A stretch of DNA of 64,000 nt from Bilabrum cf. latius (Eukaryota), in the NCBI GenBank assembly GCA_965178125.1, contig OZ237736.1:372001-436000 (forward strand), written 5' to 3'. Position numbers and translations under genes: made by a program. Positions 1 to 10,800 of the stretch are shown here, piece by piece. How positions within the stretch are numbered: position 1 is the stretch's first letter; the number at the start of each line of letters is the position of its first letter. The notes under the pieces were generated by a model that saw only the letters and a program-made list of their open reading frames with translations, had not been told where the DNA came from and ran no database searches.

Positions 1-1750
1 CTGAACTGACAGCGCCAGAGCTCCCATCCTTTGCCGCGGCAGCAGGTTCGACCACCTCCAGCCTGGCCCGGATGCGGACGCAGCCGCCCACCGGTGTAAA
101 CTTCAGAGCATTTGACACAAGATTTGCTACAACCTGCTTGATCCGCACGGGGTCGCCTCGGATGTGACCCGGGACGTCGTCGCCGATCGCCACGTCGAGA
201 GCGATGCCCCGGCTATCGGCCGTTCGCTGGAAGGTCGCAACGATGTCGTCCAGCACCTGAGGCACGTCCACTACTTCGTCCCGCAGCTTCAGCCTGCCCT
301 GCTCGATGCGCTGGGCCTCGAGCACGTCATCGAAGATGCACTGCAGCCCCTTGCATCCTTCTTGCTGGGACCGGAGCACGTCCAATGCCTCCCTGACCTC
401 CTGGCGCAGCTCACCACTGGCAACGGTATCTGCCTTGGACCCGCTAGTGCCGCTTGTCCTCCTGCCCCGGCTGTGTCGAACTGAAGAGAGCGCCTTGATT
501 CGAGTCAGGCTCGCCTCCAGCTCGGATACTGCCAGAGACACCGCCTGAAGAGGCACCCGGGCCTCGTGGAAGATGTACCTGGTGAACTGCTGGATGGTGT
601 TCAGCCTCGTGTCGGCAGCCTCTCGCTTGTACACCTGTGCTTGCGCTGCCTGCTTCGCGACGAGGTACAGGTCGCTGTGGAGAATGGCTGCAGACGTCAT
701 GTACCGAAGAATGACGACGAGGATGTCGGTGCAGAAAACGAGAATGTCGCCGATGTCCGGCCCGACTAAAATGTCGATGTAGTAGTTGATGCCAGCGACG
801 TACACGAGGATCAACACGGCTGCAGGCACGTTTACGCGAGAGCAGCAGCTGGGTGGAGGACCTTTTTCGGCTTGCTCCGAGGGCGAGGCATTGCTTTCTT
901 CATTGCCTAGGATTGAGCTGGTGGGGTCCACGAGGTACACGGCTGGGTCACCACTCCGTCGGCTGCTCGGTGTGCCACCACCGAGGTCGAAATCGAGCCA
1001 GGGGGCCAGGTAAGGGTCCATTTGAAACCGAAACATTTCACCAAACACCAGAATCGCGGAAAGCAAGACTCCGAGGCCAAAGGGTATCTAGAGCGGGCTT
1101 CCAATATACTGCGCCAGAAAGCCGGAGACTACCATCAGTACCAAGGCAATCGACATTGCGACGACTCGCCGCAGCCTGAGTCGAACGACCAACTATCCAT
1201 CGTTCGAAAGAGCAGCTGCGCTTGAAATTGCAATAATCGCCCGGTGGTGATAGCCTGGGTGTCCCAGAACCGTTATACCATACGATAAATGCAAGCTAAG
1301 GAATGCATAGGCGGATCCAACCTGCGGAAAGCTGGGTGTAACACGTGTACATTCAATGATGATTCGATATACTGGCACTGTCCATAAATACACCCAGGCG
1401 ATTCCGGTACTCACTGCTGTGTCAAACAGAAACATTGAGGCCAGGTACATCCGTGATTTGGACGTGTCCAAGAAGGCCAGGCCGCACAATGCCAGCATGC
1501 CATGCAGAAGAAACGCACTTGACAGGGCGGCGTGCATAACTCTATCTGAGAAATCGACTGGACCCGTGCAATCCTGAGACAGTACGAAGCAGGTCGTCGT
1601 GAAGCTCCAAAAGCAACAGAGCGCTGACAGTATCAGCATGGTCAGGTACAATATCCATTCATCAAAAAAATTAGACACCATACCAATGCTGGAATAGGCA
1701 CTTGCCCTATCCGTTGCGATCCGCCTTTGGGAAAGGATATATATCTTCAT
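1..1750 (-). CDS. Multi-pass membrane sensor histidine kinase (about 8 TM + HisKA + HATPase_c); 3' end runs off the window
   Basis: ORF 1193..1750 continues in frame through TAG at 1193-1195 and 1088-1090. It then reaches the H-box (RYIFHEARVPLQAV, ~550-580), DDVLEAQRIEQG and the N-box (GDPVRIKQVVANLVSNALKFTP, ~90-160). Confidence 0.85.
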
Positions 1751-1964
1751 CTTCTAATGCCGAGTCGCACAAGATGGTCGCACTGCAAAAAACCTTGTGG
1801 ACTATGATAGCAGGTGTAAAGAATCACGAATTGCTGTTACACCTGCTCTATCCGGTGACATCACAACACTTAGCTGAATTACTGGCGAATACCGTCAATA
1901 AATATTGGAAAGCGATCCGCCAAGAATATCAGATTCGGCATTTGTAACGTGAGAAAAAAAACAC

Positions 1965-4700
1965 CGGCACCGCATTCATGCGCCCAGTTGCAAAGAACGA
2001 CCTGGCCAGAGCCCCAAGGTGGACGAGTTCAGACCTATCTGCTACGCTTCGGTGCTCTCGAAGACAATCAGTCTTGTAGCAAACGCTAAGGTCGTTGAGT
2101 ACTGTGAACAGCATGGACTCTTCGGCCTCGACCAAGCTGGGTTTCGGGTTGGCAAGAACTGCTAGCAAGCTTACTGTACCGTGCTTGAGTGGGTCCGACA
2201 GCGTGGACTAGACGGCGGGGTCCTTATCTTCTTTGATGTGAAGGGTGCTTATGACAGCTGTCAGTGGAATATCATGGAAGCGATCATGAAGGCTCAGGGC
2301 TGGGGAGATCAGGCAACTGGTTTCCTTCTGTCACGACTGAAGGTCTCGGTCCGGATCAGGGACCCAGCAACTGGTAAGACATCCAGGCCAATCCAGAAGG
2401 AGGCTGGGACCCCGCAAGGAGAAGTACTCTCACCGGCGCTCTTCCTCGTCTTCATGGGGGTCCTCCTCGAGGCCATTGCGAGAGAGCGCTCAGATTTGGG
2501 ACACTCTCATGTACTACAACCGTCACCAGGATGTAGAGGTACTCCTTGGGGACAGTGCGGCTATGCAGATGACTATGTAGCGGCAGCAACGACATGGACG
2601 GAGGCCTGTCAGGTGGTCGCGGTCGTCACTGAGCTGTTCGAACTGGCCGGACTTGAGCTTGGATTTCGACCAGTGAGTCCATCAGGGCTCGCGAAGAAGA
2701 CTGCCATGATGCCGTTTGGACTTGCAGCCGACTCCTTTCCCCGTGGGTGGGACGACGATATCGCGTGTACAGCCACGGAAGTGAACCCATCATGGGTAGA
2801 ACAGACATGGACCGTTCCCCGCGCGAAGTCGTATGTGTATCTAGGGTTGCTGATATCGACGACGAGGATCCATGCCACAGCAGCAGAGCTTGGGCCCGGC
2901 TACGAAGAGAGGGACGTGATAGCCATTGACATGGTCCCCCACGTTCGGCGAAGGGTGGCAATGGCGATGCAACAAGCGTCCATCATAACCCGCGCTGCAG
3001 TTGACTGTGATTGGTCGGTTCGTCTACACTCCCAGATTCTCTATTCTGGAGCGCTCACAAGCGCGCTCTATGGCATTGGTGCTGCTGGATGCGCCACTGG
3101 CTGGGAACGCTTCCGAGGTCTGGAACAGCGGATCTCTGTGAACTACGGCGTGATCATGAATGCAGCTGTGCTGAGTGTAGTGGACCGTTTCCTGGCACGC
3201 ATGAGGTGGATGCTGGCCACTGGAATGGCTGACCGTATGCCATTTGCCGTCGAAGGACGTCGCTTGCCGAAAGTGGCGTTGGATTCTGAGGTATGGCTTG
3301 CGAGTGCTGCCGGAAGGACCGCACGGGACCTCTTTGAGCTCATGCGAGCCCCAGATAGGAGGGGTCTACCAGTGGTATCTCACTACATCCGGACTGCATA
3401 CATGTGCCAGTAGATGTCGCAGCAGGGACCTCTTAGTGCTGCGGCGTCTCTCAGGCTTCACCTTCATGACAATGGAGTATCTGTTGACAACGGAGTGACT
3501 TGGCTGGGTGAGAAGGAGCTGAATCGAGCGGTGCGCCGTTGGCACTCGTCGAAGTCTGCTTCTAGCATCAGGTCTTTCAGGAACTTGAGCCCTGGATGCC
3601 ACTCCGGTTACGTCCTGGCGAGCGCAATCAGGCAGCAGAATGCAGAACAGACAGTGTCACTGGACCAGTACCATGGTCAGGTTGATGGGGTGTTCGGCCC
3701 TGGTTCACTGCCTACCACTGCAGCACTGCAACTGCGTGGCTCCGACGGGCGATTGATCCTTCGTGTTCGTGCGGGTATTTACCCTCGTTCCTGTTCCCCT
3801 ACTCCAGAGCTGACTGACAAGGTGGCTGTGGAGATGACTCGCCGAGAGTCATCGCTGCAGTCACGTGGTCTTCAGGCAGAGTGGGTCTCCGGTGACTGGG
3901 CCAGTCGAACTTCAGAGGAGAAGGGCAAGATAAGGAAGGCATGGGCGGACCATGGCCTACGTCTTGAACCTCACCCACAACCTCTGGAGCAGGACAGGCG
4001 TGGAGTCGCTGCTGCTGAGCGAACCATTCCCAAGATGCGCCGAGCAATTGCCCGCTCTAGCGCCTCTGTTGGATTGGTACGGCTTGCGACACTGGTGGTT
4101 GATGAGCTGAGTGTAAAGATCAGAACGTTTCCGTCCTGGACTGCCTGCAGGTGGTGGACTGGGGCCTCGGTGCGAGGCTGGACTGCGAGCTCATCGGATG
4201 ACCTGTATGCTGCAATGCGAGCTCAGGATCGCAGGGGACATCGTGTGGCTCGCCCTAGAGGGCTCATGCACACTCTTGAGAGGATCTGGGCGCGTGAGAT
4301 GGCGACTTCGCTTCGCTGTGTCTTGCGTGAAAGGGAGTAGCTACGTCGTACATGGACGTCCCGCTGGTGGCGGATGGCATGTGTCGACGGTCCGGCTGTC
4401 CTTACGAGGATGGCTCGGGCTCACTCTCCTTCCCTCTGGTCCTTTGGTGGATGAGTGGCTGAGTCTCAGGGTGATCGTCTCGGTATGTGTAGCACCATGA
4501 TGTTTCGGAAATCCTCTTTGGGACGAGGGGTTCTTCTTTCTTTTGCTTTCTTTTGAGGCTTTGGCCTTTGCTCTAGGGGGGGGCTGCGGGTCTTTTGATC
4601 GCGTTGTTCTCTGAGGTCATCTTTGATGGCCCCACCTTGGGGGTGTGACAGCCATTCGTGGTTGCACATTACTTTGTGTGGTTTCTTTACCCTACAAATT
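1965..4700 (+). mobile_element. 5'-truncated non-LTR retrotransposon (LINE-like); boundaries approximate
   Basis: Starts abruptly within the RT N-terminus after an A-run at ~1954-1961. T-rich presumed 3' UTR to ~4700. No endonuclease, ORF1 or TSD recognised. Confidence 0.75.
2013..4454 (+). CDS. Non-LTR-type reverse transcriptase ORF (5'-partial; probable 1-nt frameshift near 1995)
   Basis: Motifs DEFRPI, QAGFR, FFDVKGAYDS, GTPQGEVLSPALF, YADD and YLGL. Single frame with TAG at 2163, 3411 and 4338; first TGA at 4452-4454. Confidence 0.85.
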
Positions 4701-4896
4701 ATTCTGGTATTCTGGTACCGCCGGCCGCCGGTGGTGGCACGGTGGTGCAAGTACTTGCGTCAAAGAAGGTTTCAGCGACCATTATAGCGATTGAGCCTAA
4801 CTTTGCGATAGTCATTTGTTGTATTATTATTTTCATTGCTTCTGGGGCCGTGATAGTCGTGCTTTCCAAGATTAGAAGCAATTTCCGTCGGATCGA

Positions 4897-7800
4897 ATGC
4901 GGCGAACTGCAACTGCGACCCAGATACCAAGCCAACAGTGGACCTGCACCTGCATCATTGCCTATGCGTTGTTTGTAAGTATGTGTAAGGCGTCATCAGC
5001 CCCTGTGTACAAGGATTAGCCCAGGTGTAGTTCTATAGGGGCATAGTCAACTAGTTGGTGCCGTCATTTGCTTCCGTTGGACGTGCATCTCGAGCCATGG
5101 TTCGATGAACTTCGAGTTCGGGCGCTACTCCCAACGATTAGCCCATTCTAGCAGCTTCTAGCATCCGGCTCTGCATCACCGCAAGGCACATAGTCGAGCC
5201 CCTCTGCCGGCGTCGTGTGGATGGCTGTGGACTTGCAAGGCGATTTCCGCAAGGCGAATTCGGTGTACCTGCCGGGAGCAGTTCCTGCCGACTTTGGCGA
5301 TTGGAATTTGGAAGAAATCACACACTCCTCAACCGCCCGCGCCGACATCATCATCCGCGTCGAGGTGCAAGGCAGCAGCCTGCCGGATTCCCGGCTGGCG
5401 GGCTCGATCATGCTCGCTGACGGCGGAAGCGTCCGGGCGTGGCGAGCAACCTCGAGCTCATCGGCGCCATGGAAAGAAATCACGGGGTACAATCGCCCCG
5501 TGCTGCTGGGCCGGGGGCTTCAACTCGTTGGTGAGGGCTAGGGTGACCAGAGTGAAGGGTCTTCCGTCGTGGTGAGCAGCCGCAACGCCCTTGGCAACAG
5601 CACCCGGCGGGCATTTGACGAAGCTTCAGAGGCGCTCGCGATCCGAGTGGCCATTCCAATGTCTGCTATCCATGAGCTAGACCCGTTCAAGAACTCTGGC
5701 GCCGCGAGTGCCTGGGCGGGTGCACCCGTCGTGACCAATCAGGGCACGGCGGCGCTCGAAGCCATTTAGGACCCAGCGACTGTCTCCTGCTGGTCTGGGG
5801 GCAGATTTAGTCTTACGCAGTGCGCTCTAGCTCGGGCAACAGCCGATAGACTGAAGGAAAACCATGTGTGGGAAAAAGGGTACCGCGCTGGGGTGGAGGC
5901 TGACGACCAGTACGTCTTGGAGATCGGTATGGGAGCGGGCGAAGATGCGACATGTGCGTGGCAGGCATCGGGCACGATGTTCTGCTGGGGAAGCGGCAAT
6001 GGTGGCAGGTTAGCAACCGGTAGTACAGCGAATGTGCGCGTGCCAACCGAGATCCTTGTCGCTGGCAGTGTGATCAGCGCCAGCATCGGATACGAGGACA
6101 GCGACAACAATGTGCATGGGTGCGCTGCATTGCTCGAAGGCAGCGTGCTGTGCTGGGGCTCGAACTCGTTTGGACAACTCGGCCTGGGCGACAAAGACGA
6201 CCGAGAAAGGTTGCTGCCCCAGTCCCTATCCGTCACGCAAGCCACGCAGGTGTGCGCCGGGGCGGGCTTTTCTTGTGCTGTCATTGCCAACAAGGCGCAT
6301 TGCTGGGGCAGCAAAGACGAAGACAGGAGCGGCACGGGTGGCAACGATGCTTTCAGTCCACGCCAAATAGACGGAGGCACGTCTACGAAAGTTGCGTGTG
6401 GTAAAGACTTTGGTTGCGCTATTATCGGCGGTGGTGCCAAGTGCTGGGGTAAAGGAAGCCAGACTGGCGTCGGCGACAGAACGAGTCCATCGAGTGTATC
6501 AGGACTATCAAGTGGAATCGTTGATATTTGCGCAGGGGGGGATCATGCGTGTGCCGTACGATCGAATGGCAGGGTGGTGTGTTGGGGCAGTGGAAGCAAG
6601 GGACAGCTAGGCAGGACACCATCTAGTTCATCGCCAGGCGAGGTCACTGGAATCTCGACCGCAGTTAAAGTAAGCTGTGGGGAGTTCCATACGTGCGTCG
6701 TCTTATCGGACCGTAGTGTTCGGTGCTTTGGAGACAATGGGAATGGTCAGGTAGGCAGCGGGAGCTCAGCTTCGACAGTGGGTTCGCCAGCATTGGTGGT
6801 TGGCCTGCGTTCGGGTGCCCTCGATGTAGAATGCGGCGCACGGCATACTGCAGTCATGCTAGACTCTGGCCAAATTCAAATGTTTGGATATAACGGAGGC
6901 AGCACTGGCATTCTGGCCGTGCCCTCATTATCTGAGTCCAACACAGCGCTGACCCCCTTTGGGCTTGATGACGACATTCAAAGCGGGGCCGCCCGCAAGT
7001 CCGTGGCAGTCAGGGGGCCTGCTGCCGTCGGCAGCGATCACGTGTGCGTGCACTTGGACTTGAATCCTATTGCAGTGCAGTGCTTTGGCTCAAATGATCA
7101 CGGCTAGTTGGGGGCGGGTGATCTCGTGCACGAGATCCAGGCGTGGAGGATGCCACTTGTGCAATACAGGCTGACCCTCACGTCTCCCGTAGCCTAGCTG
7201 GCAAGCGGCGGCGCACATTCGTGCGTGATGTTCTCAGATGGTGATGTGTATTGCCATGGAAGAAACAACGAAGGCTAGCTAGGAATCGGGTCGACCTCCA
7301 ATTTAGGAGTGCCAAGATCCTCAGCAATCTCGCTGCCCGAGCCTGCAGTGGCAGTTGCTGCAGGCGACGCCCACACATGCGTTCTTCTTCTCGATGGCAC
7401 TGTGCGATGTTTCGGTAGCAACGCAAACCAACGCATCGGGCTAGGCACTGGCACTGCCAGGAGCACCTCGCCCAGCTCTCAGCTGTCCATGCCGGGAGGT
7501 CAGGACGCAATTGTCATCGGCACTGGAGCCCTGCACACCTGTGTGGCACTGCACGACACCTCCATATCCTGCTTCGGCAGCAATAGCAAAGGCTAGTTGG
7601 GAGATGGCTCGACGACGTAGCGCGGGGCCGGGAGTGCGAACAAGTGGGATGGGGGCCGCGTGAGACAGATTTGCGCGGGGGACGACTTCACGTGTGCCCT
7701 GGCGAGCGGTGGTCACATGCGATGCTGGGGAGCCAAGGAGCACGTTGGCTCGAATCCGGCTGCAGACATTACCGATGCTAGCCTCGCTGCCAATGTCTCG

Positions 7801-10800
7801 CTAGCTCACGCAGGTTTCAGCTCCAAACAGGTTGCATCGATAGGCTGCGGGGCCAAGCATGCTTGCGCTGTCACTGCCCATGGTTAGCTGCTGTGCTTTG
7901 GCGATAATTCGCAGGGGCAGTTGGGCACCGGAGACTCGACAAACAGGCCGGACTCGAGCACTGTAGCGCCGGTGCCGGTGGACTCTTTGGGATCAAGAGT
8001 TGTGCGGGTCTACTGCGGCGGGGACCGGACATGCGTGCTGCTGCAGAGCGGGGCTTTCAAGTGCTTCGGCAAACAAACGTCTTGGAAGATTGGGCATGCT
8101 TTATCCACATCAAGAACGCCAGACCAGGCAGCCGAGGTCATGTTCGGCCACAAGAAGAAGAGGGAGTGCGCCGGTGGCACGGACTGCATGTCACCGGGCT
8201 CCGCGATGCTGCAGCCCTACACCATCAACTACGATGAGACTGAAAGTTCCGAGGCGATCCTCTCGCGCTCACTCCCCAATCCAAGGACATGGTCTGCCAA
8301 TGGTTACATGTTTCCCGGCGAGGTAGACCCGCTGCTGAACGAGAGGGAGGCAGTCGGTGCCCTGTTGAGCGGGGGCTCGGTTGAGGTGCTGAGTGGAGAT
8401 GTCGTGGTTTTTGCTCCCCCTGAAACTACTCTTGATGCCCCTGCTTTTCTCAACGACACCGCTGTCGTATTTGGTAGTGCTGTCCGGAATTCGATCCTTC
8501 CGGAAGGCGGCTCAACCCTGACCATCGCACGTAATTGGGCGGCAATAGAACAGATGCAGCTGGTAGAATAGGGCAATGTGGATGTAACAGTGAGCGGCAA
8601 GCCTTGCACGAACGTGTAGACGGGAAATTGGAAGAGCATTTAGTGCAAGTCTCCTGCCGGGGACGGTCTCGGTCACGAGGTGCTCGTGTGGATTTCAACG
8701 CGCGCGCCGGGTTTGCTTCCTAGCGTGATGAGGGTTGGCTCCATCGACTACACCATGCCACTTATATCCCAAGTCACTCCAAGTGGTGGCCTGCTCCCGC
8801 GGATTAGCTCTGCTGGCACTGGATCGACGATTCAAATCATTGGCTCTGGTTTTGGCAACCCCGGAGCTTTGGCACAGGCACCAACCGTGCTGATTGGACC
8901 TTTGGAGGTGCTTTGCGACAGCATCGTTCATGTTTCCGACATCTAGTTGAGCTGCAGGATGCCGGCTGTTGCAGGCACCAACTTGCCTTTAGTGGTGAAA
9001 GTGCGCGACTCGTGGAAGAGCCCAGCCGTGAATGTGTCCACCGGAATGGCTCGAATAACTGCAATCGACCCCGCTCAGGTGCTTCCAGCGGCACCAGGAA
9101 CATACACGTACAACTTCACGATCAGCGGCACGGCTTTCAGCAAGGACCTCCTGTCCAGTATATCGGTTGGCGGAGAAGAGTGCCCAATCACCACGGTTGT
9201 GTCAGACAGCGAGATTCGATGCGATAACGTCGAGGCACCCAGGTCATGGCAATCGAACGACGTGGTTGCGACGTATGGTGGCAAGCAATTGAAAGCAAGG
9301 GGTGCGTTAAGAGCCGTAGCAGCTCCCACTGTGACATCGGCCGTGACGACGAGCGGGGTGCCTGTGGCCGGCGGCGTGCAGGTGCGTCTGGTGGGCGACG
9401 GGCTGGGCGTGTCTGCGTCTGACATAGCGTCTGTGACGTGGGCTGGTCGGTCGGTGGCATCGTCGGGGTGGGAGTGGGTGAGCACGCAGGAGGTGCGCGT
9501 GATGGTGCCGGCTCGCGTGGACAAGAGCCCGAGCGGGGACGCGGCTGCAGTGGTGGTGAGCACACGCGGGGGTCTGTCTTCGCCAGCGTACAACGTGTCG
9601 TACGACTCGATCCGTCTGGAGGTGGTGGCGCCAGTGCAGCCGCTTCCGGGGTCGGGTGTGTACGAGGAGATGTTTGAGGTGGGTGGCAGCGGGCTTCGGT
9701 CTGACACGTTGCTGGGCGGGTGGGTGGGCGGGAGTCGTTGCGGGAGCGTGAGCGTGGTTGATTCGTCTGCTTTGGGTCTTGGATCTGTGTCGGGTCCGTA
9801 TGTGCGATGCAGCGGTGTGCGGTCTCCATCGTCTTGGTCTGGTCGTGACGTGGTGCTGTCGTATGGACTGGTGGGGAATGTGACTCTTCGGGACGCGATC
9901 CGTCCGTTGAATGCTCCCACTGTGACATCGGCCGTGACGACGAGCGGGGTGCCTGTGGCCGGCGGGGTGCAGGTGCGTCTGGTGGGCGACGGGCTGGGCG
10001 TGTCTGCGTCTGACATAGCGTCTGTGACGTGGGCTGGTCGGTCGGTGGCATCGTCGGGGTGGGAGTGGGTGAGCACGCAGGAGGTGCGCGTGATGGTGCC
10101 GGCTCGCGTGGACAAGAGCCCGAGCGGGGACGCGGCTGCAGTGGTGGTGAGCACGCGCGGGGGTCTGTCTTCGCCAGCGTACAACGTGTCGTACGACTCG
10201 ATCCGTCTGGAGGTGGTGGCGCCAGTGCAGCCGCTTCCGGGGTCGGGTGTGTACGAGGAGACGTTTGAGGTGGGCGGCAGCGGGCTTCGGTCTGACACGT
10301 TGCTGGGCGGGTGGGTGGGCGGGAGTCGTTGCGGGAGCGTGAGCGTGGTTGATTCGTCTGCTTTGGGTCTTGGATCTGTGTCGGGTCCGTATGTGCGATG
10401 CAGCGGTGTGCGGTCTCCATCGTCTTGGTCTGGTCGTGACGTGGTGCTGTCGTATGGACTGGTGGGGAACGTGACTCTGCGGGACGCGATCCGTCCGTTG
10501 AATGCTCCCACTGTGACATCGGCCGTGACGACGAGCGGGGTGCCTGTGGCCGGCGGGGTGCAGGTGCGTCTGGTGGGCGACGGGCTGGGCGTGTCTGCGT
10601 CTGACATAGCATCTGTGACGTGGGCTGGTCGGTCGGTGGCATCGTCGGGGTGGGAGTGGGTGAGCACGCAGGAGGTGCGCGTGATGGTGCCGGCTCGCGT
10701 GGACAAGAGCCCGAGCGGGGACACGGCTGCAGTGGTGGTGAGCACGCGCGGGGGTCTGTCTTCGCCAGCGTACAACGTGTCGTACGACTCGATCCGTCTG

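Noticed and set aside
2013-4454. RT as a group II intron, retron or telomerase
   Set aside because: The motif set and 5' truncation fit a non-LTR element. No interrupted host gene or intron RNA structure was recognised.
7105-7600. TAG as pyrrolysine, Leu, Glu or Tyr
   Set aside because: The conserved contexts (GQLG, IFQ, poly-Q) indicate Gln, and no pyl genes are seen.
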